Part shown: in pieces, positions 48,454 to 59,045 of the stretch
How positions within the stretch are numbered: position 1 is the first letter of the stretch
Layout: the number at the start of each line of letters is the position of its first letter
NCBI GenBank assembly: GCA_963809895.1
Contig: CAWELD010000010.1
Span: forward strand, 896,001 to 960,000
From: an uncultured Gemmatimonadales bacterium
GTDB lineage: Bacteria > Gemmatimonadota > Gemmatimonadetes > Longimicrobiales > Gaopeijiaceae
Direction: 5' to 3'
DNA length: 64,000 bases
Position numbers and translations under genes: made by a program
The notes under the pieces: model-generated
The model's input: the letters and a program-made list of their open reading frames with translations, nothing else
Database searches by the model: none
What the model was told of the DNA's origin: nothing

Positions 48454-48582
48454 GGCGAGGTGTACCGGCGCCCCGTGCGGGGGTTCCGGTGAACCGTGGC
48501 GCCCCCCGCGGGTAGGCCAGACTCGGTCCCCCGGCCCACGAAGCCGGCAGCTCGCACATCACGACGCACCGGGAGCAGCCCC

Positions 48583-49458
48583 ATGCCCGCCCCCTTCGAT
48601 CCCGATCCGCGTTTTCAGCAGTACGCCAATCCCCACATGCTCGTCTCCACGGAGTGGTTGGCCGCGCACCTGGACGATCCTGACGTGGTGGTGGTCGAGT
48701 CCGATGAAGACGTGCTGCTCTACGACACCGGCCACATCCCGGGTGCGGTGAAGGTGGACTGGCACATGGATCTCAACGATCCGGTGACCCGGGATTACGT
48801 CGACGGCGAGGCCTTCGCCCGGCTCATGTCCGCCAAGGGCATCACCCGGGACAGCACCGTCGTCTTCTACGGCGACAACTTCAACTGGTGGGCCGCCTAC
48901 GCGCTCTGGGTCTTCACCCTGTTCGGCCACCCCGACGTGCGACTGCTGGACGGCGGGCGCCGCAAGTGGATGGACGAGGGCCGGCCACTCGCCGACGACG
49001 TGCCCGACCGCCCGCGCACCGAATACCCGGTCGTGGAGCGGAAAGACGCGGACATCCGGGCGTTCCGTGACGAGGTCATGGAGCACGTGCAGGACGGAGG
49101 TCGGCTCGTGGACGTTCGCTCACCGCAGGAGTACAGCGGCGAGTTGCTGCACATGCCGGACTATCCCCAGGAGGGCTCGCTCCGTGGTGGCCATATTCCG
49201 GGGGCCAGCAACATTCCCTGGAAGCGCGCGGCGAACGAAGACGCCACCTTCAAGGGCATGGAAGAGCTCAGGGCAATCTACGAGGGTGAACAGGGCCTCG
49301 TCGCGGACGATCCGGTGGTGGCCTACTGCCGGATCGGGGAGCGCTCCAGCCACACCTGGTTCGTGCTCCACCACCTTCTCGGCTATCCTCGGGTCCGCAA
49401 CTACGACGGATCGTGGACCGAGTGGGGGAATCTGGTGAGGGCGCCCATCGAGCGCTGA
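48583..49458 (+). CDS. sseA: Tandem-rhodanese thiosulfate sulfurtransferase (SseA/CysA-like)
   Basis: [55 protein letters not shown]. Confidence 0.9.
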   Translation: MPAPFDPDPRFQQYANPHMLVSTEWLAAHLDDPDVVVVESDEDVLLYDTGHIPGAVKVDWHMDLNDPVTRDYVDGEAFARLMSAKGITRDSTVVFYGDNFNWWAAYALWVFTLFGHPDVRLLDGGRRKWMDEGRPLADDVPDRPRTEYPVVERKDADIRAFRDEVMEHVQDGGRLVDVRSPQEYSGELLHMPDYPQEGSLRGGHIPGASNIPWKRAANEDATFKGMEELRAIYEGEQGLVADDPVVAYCRIGERSSHTWFVLHHLLGYPRVRNYDGSWTEWGNLVRAPIER

Positions 49459-49838
49459 AGCGCCGTGCGCACGCTCATCGTCGGCGGAGGCGTGGCTTCA
49501 TGGACGAGCCGATCTGACCCATTCGCCATCGCGGTAGGGGATGGCGGCCCGTGGCAGCGTGTTGCACTATGTCGACAGACGTGGCTCCGCAGCAGCACGC
49601 TCCAACGCGTTCCCTTGAAGTGCGAGTCGGTCAAGATGTTGTGACACAATCACTTACGATGCCGCTTCTCCGCGTCGGCGCTGTGAGAACGTCCTTTGCG
49701 GTGACAGGGGTGTGTGCCCCGTCACGGGGGCGCGTCCGGACGGAAGCCTTCCGGACCCGTCCCGCGGCCCGACCTGCCCGGCGAGTCGCGGAGCGACGTC
49801 ATGACCGGGTAGTGCCGTTCAGGGACGCGGACCCCACC

Positions 49839-51206
49839 ATGCATCGGTACGCCACGCGCGAGAGCCTCGCTCCACCCGAGGCCGATCCCCGGGATCGGGT
49901 GTCGGCGGACAGCCGCCGGCTCCAGCGACGGGCGCACGCGCTCATCCCCGGTGGTTGTCACACCTACAGCAAGGGCGACGATCAGTATCCGCGCTCGGCC
50001 CCACCTTTCATCGAGCGGGGTCTCGGGTGCCACGTCTGGGACACGGACGGCCGCGAGTTCATCGAGTACGGCATGGGTCTGCGGGCCGTGGTCCTCGGGC
50101 ACGCGTATCCGGAGGTGGTGGCGGCGGCGGCGGCTGCCCTGGCGCGGGGCTCGAATTTCACCAGGCCCTCTCCCCTCGAGGTCCGCTGCGCCGAGACCTT
50201 CCTGGAGCTGGTCCCCACGGCCGAGATGGTGAAGTTCGCCAAGAACGGCTCCGACGTGACCACGGCGGCGGTGAAGCTGGCACGTGCCTGGACCGGCCGC
50301 GACCTGGTAGCTGTCTGCGCCGATCAGCCCTTCTTCTCCACCGACGACTGGTTCATCGGCGTCACGCCCATGAGTGCCGGCGTGCCCGAGGCGGCGCGGG
50401 AGATGACGCTGAGCTTCCGCTACAACGACCTGGACTCGTTGCGCGACCTGTTCGCGCGCCACCCGAATCAGATCGCCGCGGTGGTCCTGGAACCGGCCTG
50501 CGCCGTCGCTCCGGAGCCCGGCTATCTCGAGGGGCTTCGGGAGCTGTGCACGGCCGCCGGCGCCCTCCTGGTCTTCGATGAGATGATCACGGGGATCCGC
50601 TGGGGGCTCGGCGGCGCACAGGGCCATTTCGGTGTCACGCCCGACCTGTCCGCGTTCGGCAAGGGTATCGGCAACGGCTTCGCCATCGCCGCGTTGGCGG
50701 GGCGCAGGGATGTCATGGAGATGGGCGGACTCAGCCGTTCGGCCGAAGAGCGCGTGTTCCTCCTGTCCACGACGCACGGGGCCGAGACCCACAGCCTGGC
50801 CGCTGCCATCGCCACCATGAACGTCTGTCGCCGCGAGGGGGTCCCCGAGGTGCTGGCCCGGCGGGGAGAGGAGCTGCGCGCCGGGGTGCGGGCCGCCGCC
50901 GAAAGTCGCGGGCTGGCCGACCATGTCCACCTGAAGGGCCATCCGGCGAACCTCGTCTTCGTCACGCGGGACCGCGAGGGAGTCCCCTCGCAAGCCTACC
51001 GCACGCTCTTCCTCCAGGAGCTCATCCGGCGCGGCGTCCTGGGCCCGTCGTTCGTGGTGAGCTATTCGCACTCGCCGGCCGATGTGGCGCACACCCTCGA
51101 GGCGGTGGAGGCCGCCCTGGAGGTCTATGCCATGGCGCTGGTTCACGGGGTCGAGCCGTTCCTCGAGGGCCCGCCGTCGCGGCCGGTGTTCGGGAGGGCT
51201 CACTGA
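49839..51206 (+). CDS. Class III PLP aminotransferase (GSA-aminomutase-like, polysaccharide-locus type)
   Basis: PGGCHTYSKGDDQYP, KFAKNGSDVT, FDEMITG, FGKGIGNG, LSTTHGAE. Confidence 0.85.
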   Translation: MHRYATRESLAPPEADPRDRVSADSRRLQRRAHALIPGGCHTYSKGDDQYPRSAPPFIERGLGCHVWDTDGREFIEYGMGLRAVVLGHAYPEVVAAAAAALARGSNFTRPSPLEVRCAETFLELVPTAEMVKFAKNGSDVTTAAVKLARAWTGRDLVAVCADQPFFSTDDWFIGVTPMSAGVPEAAREMTLSFRYNDLDSLRDLFARHPNQIAAVVLEPACAVAPEPGYLEGLRELCTAAGALLVFDEMITGIRWGLGGAQGHFGVTPDLSAFGKGIGNGFAIAALAGRRDVMEMGGLSRSAEERVFLLSTTHGAETHSLAAAIATMNVCRREGVPEVLARRGEELRAGVRAAAESRGLADHVHLKGHPANLVFVTRDREGVPSQAYRTLFLQELIRRGVLGPSFVVSYSHSPADVAHTLEAVEAALEVYAMALVHGVEPFLEGPPSRPVFGRAH

Positions 51207-52483
51207 TGACCGGCGCGGTGGCTCCAGTCGAGGAGCGCTCCGAGGCTTCGACGCAGGCGACGCCCTGCCGGTTCTGCGGCGCCCCGTTGCAGCACATGGT
51301 GGTGGACCTGGGCATGTCCCCCCTGTGCGAGAGCTATCTGGGGCCGTCCGAACTGGACTCCATGGAGCCCTTCTACCCCCTGCGCGTCTTCGTGTGTGAC
51401 TCGTGCTTCCTGGTGCAGCTCCGCGAGTACGTCGGTGGCCAGGACATCTTCCGGGATTACGCGTACTTCTCGTCGTATTCCGACTCCTGGCTCGCCCACT
51501 CTCGCGCCTTCGTGGACCAGGTCTCGGCGCGTTTCGGGCTGGGGTCGCGAAGCCGGGTCGTGGAGCTTGCGAGCAACGACGGGTACCTGCTGCAGTACTT
51601 CGTCGAGCGCGGCGTGCCGTGCTTCGGCGTGGAGCCGGCACGCAACGTGGCGGCCGTGGCCGAGGAGAAGGGGATCCCGACGGTGACCGAGTTCTTCGGC
51701 CTGGAGTTGGCCGGGACCCTGGCGGCCCAGGGCCGCACCGCGGATCTGGTCGTGGCCAATAACGTCCTGGCCCAGGTTCCCGATCTCAACGACTTCGTGG
51801 CCGGCATCGCTCGCATCCTGGCTCCCGGCGGGGTGCTCACGCTGGAGTTTCCGCACCTGGTGCGTCTGATCGCGGAAAACCAGTTCGACACCATCTACCA
51901 CGAGCACTACTCGTACTTCTCGTGGGTCACCGTGGTGCGCATCCTCTCTCGCCACGGCCTGGCCGCCTTCGACGTCGAAGAGCTGCCCACGCACGGGGGC
52001 TCCCTGCGGGTGTACGCGTCGCACGTCGAGCAGGCCCGGCCGGTGACGCCCCGGGCGCGTGAGCTCGCTCGGAGGGAGCGGGCGGCCGGTGTGGAGACGC
52101 TCGACTACTACCAGGACTTCGCGCGCCGGGTCGAGGCCACCAAGCGGCGGCTGCTGACCTTCCTGATCCAGGCGCGCGAGCGAGGCGAGGTCGTGGTGGG
52201 CTACGGAGCCCCGGGCAAGGGCAACACGCTGCTCAACTACTGCGGCGTCCGTACGGATCTTCTGGCCTACACTGTGGATCGCAGTCCCCACAAACAGGGC
52301 CGATTCCTTCCGGGAACGCACATCCCGATCTACGCCCCCGCGCGCATCACCGAGACCAGGCCCGACTGGGTCCTCGTCCTGCCGTGGAATCTCGAAGACG
52401 AGATCGTCGCGCAGATGGGCCACATCCGGGAGTGGGGAGGACGTTTCGTGCTGCCGATTCCCGAGGTGAGGGTACGCCCGTGA
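51206..52483 (+). CDS. NDP-sugar C-methyltransferase (SAM-dependent, Zn-binding N-terminus)
   Basis: CRFCG, CDSCFLVQL, ELASNDGYLL, FDTIYHEH, THGGSLR, YGAPGKGNTLLN, LPWNL. Confidence 0.9.
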   Translation: MTGAVAPVEERSEASTQATPCRFCGAPLQHMVVDLGMSPLCESYLGPSELDSMEPFYPLRVFVCDSCFLVQLREYVGGQDIFRDYAYFSSYSDSWLAHSRAFVDQVSARFGLGSRSRVVELASNDGYLLQYFVERGVPCFGVEPARNVAAVAEEKGIPTVTEFFGLELAGTLAAQGRTADLVVANNVLAQVPDLNDFVAGIARILAPGGVLTLEFPHLVRLIAENQFDTIYHEHYSYFSWVTVVRILSRHGLAAFDVEELPTHGGSLRVYASHVEQARPVTPRARELARRERAAGVETLDYYQDFARRVEATKRRLLTFLIQARERGEVVVGYGAPGKGNTLLNYCGVRTDLLAYTVDRSPHKQGRFLPGTHIPIYAPARITETRPDWVLVLPWNLEDEIVAQMGHIREWGGRFVLPIPEVRVRP

Positions 52484-53013
52484 TCTTCACCGGCACGGCC
52501 GTGGAAGGCTCCTTCCTCCTCGATCTGGAGCCCCATCGGGACGAGCGCGGATTCTTCGCCCGCACCTTCTGCGCGGAGGAGTTCCGCCGCCACGGCCTGG
52601 AACCGGCGGTGGCGCAGCGGAGCGTGTCGGTGAGCACGCGCCGGGGAACCCTGCGCGGACTCCACTACCAGCGTGCTCCGTACGGCGAGGCCAAGCTCGT
52701 ATCCTGTGTGCGAGGGGGGATCTGCGACATCGTCGTCGACCTGCGGAAGGACTCTCCGACCTTCCTGGCCCACGTCACGGCCGAGTTGACGGCGGCCAAC
52801 CGGAGGGCGCTGTACGTGCCGCCGGGGTGCGCCCACGGCTTCCAGGCGCTGGAGGACGACACCGAGGTACACTATCAGATGTCGACGCCCTACGTGCCCG
52901 AGGCCCAGGACGGCGTGCGCTGGGACGACCCCGCCTTCGGGCTGCAGTGGCCGATCGCCGGCCCGTTCATGAGCGAGCGGGACCGGTCCTGGCCGGACTT
53001 CGAGGTCCCATGA
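52480..53013 (+). CDS. rfbC: NDP-4-keto-6-deoxyhexose 3,5-epimerase (RmlC family)
   Basis: DERGFFARTF, GTLRGLHYQ, AKLVSCVRG, PPGCAHGFQ, RWDDPAF. Confidence 0.88.
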   Translation: MIFTGTAVEGSFLLDLEPHRDERGFFARTFCAEEFRRHGLEPAVAQRSVSVSTRRGTLRGLHYQRAPYGEAKLVSCVRGGICDIVVDLRKDSPTFLAHVTAELTAANRRALYVPPGCAHGFQALEDDTEVHYQMSTPYVPEAQDGVRWDDPAFGLQWPIAGPFMSERDRSWPDFEVP

Positions 53014-54296
53014 GCGCGGAGGCCTGTCCGGGCGCCCGCATGCACGGGCTGATCACGGAGCTCTATCCGATCTGCCGCAGCATCACGGGCGACGGCGTGC
53101 GCCGCACCCTGGAGCGCGTGGGCAAGGCGATCCCGCTGGAGGTGCGCGAAGTCCCCTCGGGCACCCCCGTGCTGGACTGGATCGTGCCCGACGAGTGGAA
53201 CGTGCGTGAGGCCTGGATCCAGGACGGCCAGGGACGGCGCCTGGTCGACTTCGACGAGCACAACCTGCACCTGATGAGCTATTCGGTGCCGGTGGCGGCC
53301 CGCATGGACCTGGACGAATTGAGGCCGCACCTGCACACGCTCCCCGAGGCGCCCGACCGGATCCCCTATCGCACGAGCTACTACCGGAGGGACTGGGGCT
53401 TCTGTGTCACGGAGCGCCAGCTGGAGTCGTTCCCGGACCGTGATCTCGAGGTGCGCGTCGACACCACCCTGGAGCCGGGCTCGCTCACGTACGGGGAGTG
53501 CGTCCTGCAGGGCGAGCGGCCCGAAGAGATCCTGGTGTCGGCGCATTGCTGCCATCCTTCGCTGGCCAACGACAACCTCTCGGGAATCGCGGTGGCGGTG
53601 GAGCTGGCGCGGGCGTTGGCGGCGTCCCCTCGTCGCTGGACGTACCGGTTCCTGTTTGCGCCGGGCACCATCGGTGCCCTCACCTGGCTGGCGCGCAACC
53701 GGGACGCGGTCGGCCGTATCCGCGGAGGTCTCGTGCTGGCGGGCGTCGGCGATCAGGGGCCGCCCACCTACAAGGCCAGCCGGCGGGGCGACGCTCTCGT
53801 GGACCGGGCCGCCCGATGGGTGGTCGCACGGCGGGGGGGCACGGTGAGGCCCTTCGCGCCCACGGGATACGACGAGCGCCAGTACGGCTCACCGGGCTTC
53901 GACCTGCCGGTGGGGTGCTTCATGCGCACGCCCCCAGGGGAGTATCCCGAGTATCACACCTCGGCGGACGATCTCGCGTTCACGCGCGAGGACAGCCTGG
54001 CCGACTCGCTGGACTGCTTGCTCGAAGTGGTGGAGATCCTCGAGCACGAAGGCACCTGGGTCAACCTGAGCCCCTTCGGCGAACCGCAGCTCGGAAGGCG
54101 CGGCCTCTACTCCCAGACCGGCGGGGATCCCGGGACCCCGGCCACTCAGGAGGCCGTGCTCTGGGTTCTCAATCAGTCCGACGGACGCCGCGGGCTGCTG
54201 GAGATCGCCGAGCGCGCGGGCCTGTCGTTCCGCGACGTGCGGGCCGCCGCCGCGGCCCTGGCCGAAGCGGGGCTGCTGGAGCGACGAGAATCATGA
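53010..54296 (+). CDS. DUF4910 aminopeptidase-like polysaccharide biosynthesis protein (with DUF2172 insert and wHTH)
   Basis: [68 protein letters not shown]. Confidence 0.88.
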   Translation: MSAEACPGARMHGLITELYPICRSITGDGVRRTLERVGKAIPLEVREVPSGTPVLDWIVPDEWNVREAWIQDGQGRRLVDFDEHNLHLMSYSVPVAARMDLDELRPHLHTLPEAPDRIPYRTSYYRRDWGFCVTERQLESFPDRDLEVRVDTTLEPGSLTYGECVLQGERPEEILVSAHCCHPSLANDNLSGIAVAVELARALAASPRRWTYRFLFAPGTIGALTWLARNRDAVGRIRGGLVLAGVGDQGPPTYKASRRGDALVDRAARWVVARRGGTVRPFAPTGYDERQYGSPGFDLPVGCFMRTPPGEYPEYHTSADDLAFTREDSLADSLDCLLEVVEILEHEGTWVNLSPFGEPQLGRRGLYSQTGGDPGTPATQEAVLWVLNQSDGRRGLLEIAERAGLSFRDVRAAAAALAEAGLLERRES

Positions 54297-54342
54297 CGAC
54301 CACGAGTACTGGAACGGGAATCCCCGGGATCCGGGAGGTAAC

Positions 54343-55404
54343 ATGCGCGTCCTGATGACGGGACACGACGGCTACGTCGGCACGGTCATGTCCGAGGTGT
54401 TCGCACGGGCAGGACACGACGTCGTGGGGTTGGATACGGGGTTCTTCAGCGATTGCGCCTTCGGCCCGCCGGTGGAGGCTCCGGTCCAGGAGGCGCGCTG
54501 GCTCGACGTGCGCGACGTCACGTCCGACTCACTGGAGGGATTCGACGCCGTGGTGCATCTGGCGGCGCTCTCCAACGACCCTCTGGGCAACCTGGATCCC
54601 GAGCTCACGTACGCCATCAACCACCGCGCCAGCGTGCGCCTGGCCCGGGCCGCCAAGCGTGCCGGCGTGCCGCGGTTCCTGTTCGCTTCGTCGTGCTCGT
54701 TGTACGGGGCCCAGGGGGATGCGGTGCTGGACGAGTCGGCCCCGCTCCGCCCCATCACGCCCTACGGCCGCTCCAAGATCATGGTGGAGCGTGACCTGTC
54801 GTCGTTGGCGGGCGACGCCTTCAGCCCCACCTACCTCCGCAACGCCACCGCGTACGGCGTGTCACCGCGACTCCGTGGAGACGTGGTGGTGAACAACCTG
54901 GTGGCGTACGCCTTCACCACCGGTGACGTGCTGATCCAGAGCGACGGGACACCCTGGCGGCCCCTCGTGCACGTGCGCGATTTCAGCGCGGCGTTTCTGG
55001 CGGCCCTGGAAGCGCCGAGGGAGGACGTCCACGACCGGGCGTTCAACGTCGGACGCACCTCCGAGAACTACCAGGTGCGGGATCTGGGGGAGATGGTCGA
55101 GGCAGCCGTCCCCGGCAGCACCGTGCGGTACGCCGAGGGGGGAGGCCCCGACCCCCGGAGCTACCGGGTGGATTGTTCGCGCCTCGAATCGACGCTGACG
55201 GGTTACCGGCCCGAGTGGACGGTGGAGCGGGGCATCCACGAGCTGCTGGAGGCCTTCCGCGCCGCGGGCCTCGATCGGGACGAGTTCCTCGGCGGGCGGT
55301 ATTTTCGCCTGAAGACCATCGACCGCCTGCGCGCCGCCGGCCACCTGGCCGACGACCTGCGCTGGAGCCGACCGACGTCACCCGCGCTGTTGGGGGTGTC
55401 ATGA
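54343..55404 (+). CDS. NAD-dependent sugar epimerase/dehydratase (extended SDR)
   Basis: [38 protein letters not shown]. Confidence 0.9.
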   Translation: MRVLMTGHDGYVGTVMSEVFARAGHDVVGLDTGFFSDCAFGPPVEAPVQEARWLDVRDVTSDSLEGFDAVVHLAALSNDPLGNLDPELTYAINHRASVRLARAAKRAGVPRFLFASSCSLYGAQGDAVLDESAPLRPITPYGRSKIMVERDLSSLAGDAFSPTYLRNATAYGVSPRLRGDVVVNNLVAYAFTTGDVLIQSDGTPWRPLVHVRDFSAAFLAALEAPREDVHDRAFNVGRTSENYQVRDLGEMVEAAVPGSTVRYAEGGGPDPRSYRVDCSRLESTLTGYRPEWTVERGIHELLEAFRAAGLDRDEFLGGRYFRLKTIDRLRAAGHLADDLRWSRPTSPALLGVS

Positions 55405-56204
55405 AGGTCGTGCTCTTCTGCGGCGGACTCGGGATGCGCCTGCGGGAGTATTCGGGCAACGTCCCCAAGCCCATGGTGCAGATCGGTCAGCGCCCGATCC
55501 TCTGGTACCTGATGAAGTACTACGCCCACTTCGGGCACAAGGACTTCATCCTGTGTCTCGGATATCAGGGGCACGTCATCAAGGAGTACTTCCTCAACTA
55601 CGAGGAGTACACCACCAACGACTTCGTGCTGTCCGACGGGGGGCGCACCCGAGAGCTTCTGGGACGGGACATGGAGGACTGGCGCATCACCTTCGTGGAC
55701 ACGGGCCTGGAGTCCAGCATCGGCCAGCGCCTCCGTCGTGTGCGGCACCATCTCGACGGTGAGGAGACGTTCCTGGCCAACTACGCCGATGGGCTGTCGG
55801 ACCTGCCGCTGTCGTGTCAAATCGAGGACTTCGAAGCACGCTCCCAGGTCGCCAGCTTCATCTCGGTGAAGCCCAACATCAGCTATCACTTCGTCGAATC
55901 CGACGAGAGCGGGGCCGTCACCGGGTTCCGTGACATCGCGCACTCGGGGATCCGCGTGAACGGCGGGTTCTTCGTCTTCCGGCAGGCCATCTTCGACTAC
56001 GTCCACGAAGGCGAGGACCTCGTGGAGGAGCCCTTCGACCGTCTCATCGCCGCCGGCGCGCTCAGGGCCTATCGCTACGACGGGTTCTGGCTGCCGGTGG
56101 ACACCGCCAAGGACAAGGAGCGCGTGGATCGGCTCTATGCCGCCGGCTCGCCTCCCTGGGAGGTCTGGAGCGGTCCGGCACTTGGAGGGGCGTCCAGCAC
56201 ATGA
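55401..56204 (+). CDS. rfbF: Glucose-1-phosphate cytidylyltransferase
   Basis: [42 protein letters not shown]. Confidence 0.85.
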   Translation: MKVVLFCGGLGMRLREYSGNVPKPMVQIGQRPILWYLMKYYAHFGHKDFILCLGYQGHVIKEYFLNYEEYTTNDFVLSDGGRTRELLGRDMEDWRITFVDTGLESSIGQRLRRVRHHLDGEETFLANYADGLSDLPLSCQIEDFEARSQVASFISVKPNISYHFVESDESGAVTGFRDIAHSGIRVNGGFFVFRQAIFDYVHEGEDLVEEPFDRLIAAGALRAYRYDGFWLPVDTAKDKERVDRLYAAGSPPWEVWSGPALGGASST

Positions 56205-56857
56205 TCGAGCTGCGGCTGTCCGGGGACGACTCGCGACCGTTGGATCTGCTGTGCGTGGGCGCCCATGCCGACGACATCGAGATCGGCTGCGGAGCGACGG
56301 TGCTGTCTCTCCTGGCGGCCCGACCGGTGCGCGTTCGCTGGGTCGTGCTGAGCGGCTCACCGGAGCGGGCGGCGGAGGCCCGTGACAGCGCCGCGGTCTT
56401 CCTCGCTGAAGCCCTGGGGTCGGAGGTGGCGGTGCACCAGTTCACCGACGGGCTCTTCCCGGTCGAACGCGCCGACCTCAAGGCCGTCTTCGAGGCTCTC
56501 AAGGCGGAGCGCGCTCCAGACGTGATCCTGGCCCACGAGGAGGCCGATCTCCACCAGGACCACGCGCTGGTCGGCGCGCTGGTGCGGGAGACCTTCCGCG
56601 ATCACCTGATCCTCGGATACGAGATTCCCAAGTTCGATGGCGGCCTGGGCGCACCCAACTGCTTCGTGCCCTTCGGCGAGGCCGTGCGCCGGCGCAAAGT
56701 GGATGCGTTGCTCGAGCACTTCCCCAGCCAGCGGAGTCGGCGCTGGTTCGCGGCGGAAACCTTCGACGCCCTCATGCGTCTGCGCGGTGTGGAGTGCGCC
56801 TCACCCACGGGGTACGCGGAGGCGTTCCACGCGAGGAAGCTCCGCCTCGTGCCATGA
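56201..56857 (+). CDS. PIG-L/LmbE-family deacetylase
   Basis: GAHADDIEIGCG, DLHQDH, YEIPKFDG, FPSQ, YAEAF. Confidence 0.88.
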   Translation: MIELRLSGDDSRPLDLLCVGAHADDIEIGCGATVLSLLAARPVRVRWVVLSGSPERAAEARDSAAVFLAEALGSEVAVHQFTDGLFPVERADLKAVFEALKAERAPDVILAHEEADLHQDHALVGALVRETFRDHLILGYEIPKFDGGLGAPNCFVPFGEAVRRRKVDALLEHFPSQRSRRWFAAETFDALMRLRGVECASPTGYAEAFHARKLRLVP

Positions 56858-57826
56858 GCGCCGCGCCCGTCGTCAGCGTGGTCACGCCGTTCTACAATAC
56901 GGAGCGCTACCTGGCCGAGTGCATCGAGAGCGTGCTCGAGCAGACCTTCACCGACTTCGAATACGTCCTGGCCGACAACGCCAGCACGGACGGGTCGCTG
57001 GAGATCGCGCGCAGCTATCGCACGTCGGGACCCACGGGTGCGGGTCCACGCCTTCGACGAGCATCTGGCGCAGCACGCCAACTACAATCGCGCGTTGGGT
57101 CTGGTCCGGCGGGAAGCGCGCTACTGCAAGGTGGTGCAGGCGGACGATGCCCTGGTGCCAGCCTGTCTGGAGGAGATGGTGCGGCTGGCCGAAAGCGATG
57201 ACCGGATCGGGATGGTGGGCGCGTACACGGTGCTCCAGGACTCGGTCTTCCTCGACGGGTTGGACTTTCACGAGACCGTGGTGAACGGCCGCGAGCTGTG
57301 TCGGCGTTATCTTCTGGGCGGGCCGTACATCTTCGGGAATCCGACGACCTGCCTGTACCGGATGAGCGAGGTGCGTACGCGTCCCGACTTCTATCCCACC
57401 CACACGGTCATGGGCGACACCGAGGTGGCGGTGCAGATCCTGGACGGCGCGGACTTCGGCTTCGTGCATCAGGTGTTGAGCTTCGTGCGCACGGAGAACG
57501 ACTCGGTGAGCACGCGCCTCACGGGCTTCGGCATCGATCCCCTGACCCGGCGCATCCTGCTCGAGAAGTACGGGGAGCGGTTCCTGGAGCCCGACGAACT
57601 GGCCAGGGAACGTCGCCGTCTACGCCGCCGCCACTACCGGGTCCTCGGCGAGGGGCTACTGCTGCGGAAACCGCGGCGATTCTGGGCGTTGCACCGCGCC
57701 GAGCTCGCCCAAGCGGGCTTGAAGATCCGTCCCTTCCTGGTGGTGGTGGGCGCGCTGGTCATGGCCGTGCGCCTGTCGCTGAACCTGGAGGGAGCGCTCC
57801 GCGGCACCTGGCACTGGCGGTTCTGA
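56854..57826 (+). CDS. GT2 glycosyltransferase (frameshift ~57025)
   Basis: VSVVTPFYNTERYLAECIESVLEQTF..DNASTDGS then NYNRAL..VQADD..GNPT in the next frame. Confidence 0.85.
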
Positions 57827-57829
57827 CCT

Positions 57830-58945
57830 ATGCCGCTCGCCAGATACTCGGGTCTCATGCGTGAGGCGTCGCGCCGGTTCGGTGTGAGCCGCGTCCGTCA
57901 GACCAGCGACCTGGTCCGCCTGCGTGGGGGCCGCTCGCGGCTGGGGGTGTCCGACTACTTCCAGTTCCGCCTCTTCGACCGGGAATTCACCGGCGGCTGG
58001 CATCCGGAGCGGTACGTCGGGTGGCGCGACCAGCAGCGCCTCGCCGCCCTCATGAACGACCGCCGGGGCACCACGGCGGCGTGGGACAAGCTCACCTTCT
58101 ACGCGCTGTGCCGCACCCTGGGGCTGCCCCATCCGGAGGTGCTGGCCGTGTTCGATCCGTCCGGCCGCCGGACGCAGCCCGGGATCCCGACCCTGCGCAA
58201 CCTCGTCGACGTGGAGGGCTTCCTCGCCGAGGCACCGCTCCCGATCTTCGGAAAGCCCAGCTACGGACAGCAGAGCCTCGGCAACTTCCAGGTCCTCTCC
58301 TACGACCGCGCGGCGCGGCGCGTGCAGCTGGACGACGCCGGCTGGGTGGAGCTCGACGGGCTGTGCGGTGCGCATCTGGCGCCCACCGGCACCGAGCTCC
58401 TGCGTCCCGAGCTGGGTGTCCTCTTCCAGGTCACCATCGACCAGCTTCCCGAGATCACCCGCATCACGGGGCACGAGACCATATCGGGGCTCCGGGTCGT
58501 GTATCTGAACACACCCCGTCACCGAGGGGTGATCCGCGTGGTGTGGAAGATCATCGGCGGCGACGCCCGCACCGACAACTTCCGCGAAGGCCGACTCGGG
58601 AACCTGGTGGCGGCCGTGGATCCGGGGTCGGGTCGGGTGGAGATGGCCATCGACGGGCTGTGGCCGTGGGGGCGTGAGGTGAGCCACCACCCGGTGACCG
58701 GCGAGCCGCTCACCGGCCGCGTGCTCCCCATGTGGGACGCGGTCCTGGCGCTGGTGGAGCGGGCCGCCGGCGCGTTCCCCATGATGGGGCTCCAACACTG
58801 GGACGTCGTGCTGGGCCGGGAGGGTCCGCTCCTGTTGGAGTTGAACGACCCGGGGGGCACCGCGTGGCTGCAGTTCTTCGGTGAGGGCCTCCTGGTGCCT
58901 CCCCTCAGCGACGAGTTGGACGGGAAGCTCCGAACTCGCGCGTGA
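57830..58945 (+). CDS. Sugar-transfer-associated ATP-grasp protein (ATPgrasp_ST-like)
   Basis: DKLTF, FGKP, LRVV, TDNF..GNL, HHPVTG, LPMWD, WDVVL..GPLLLELN. Confidence 0.8.
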   Translation: MPLARYSGLMREASRRFGVSRVRQTSDLVRLRGGRSRLGVSDYFQFRLFDREFTGGWHPERYVGWRDQQRLAALMNDRRGTTAAWDKLTFYALCRTLGLPHPEVLAVFDPSGRRTQPGIPTLRNLVDVEGFLAEAPLPIFGKPSYGQQSLGNFQVLSYDRAARRVQLDDAGWVELDGLCGAHLAPTGTELLRPELGVLFQVTIDQLPEITRITGHETISGLRVVYLNTPRHRGVIRVVWKIIGGDARTDNFREGRLGNLVAAVDPGSGRVEMAIDGLWPWGREVSHHPVTGEPLTGRVLPMWDAVLALVERAAGAFPMMGLQHWDVVLGREGPLLLELNDPGGTAWLQFFGEGLLVPPLSDELDGKLRTRA

Positions 58946-59045
58946 GCTGTGATGGACTGGCGGGTGGGGGTGGTTCACATCGTCTCGCAATGCGCGCGTA
59001 CGCGCCACTGGCGCCGCCACCCTTCGGAGATGTTATCCTTTTCCG

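Noticed and set aside
49551..49566. Sigma-54-like TGGCAGCGTGTTGCA upstream of the glycan operon
   Set aside because: GG-GC spacing is 9 nt rather than the required 10 and it lies ~270 nt from the start; unsupported unless an indel error is shown
49839..51206. Calling this gene hemL (tetrapyrrole synthesis)
   Set aside because: TYSKGDDQYP/KNGSD subtype and sugar-operon context indicate a polysaccharide-associated aminotransferase
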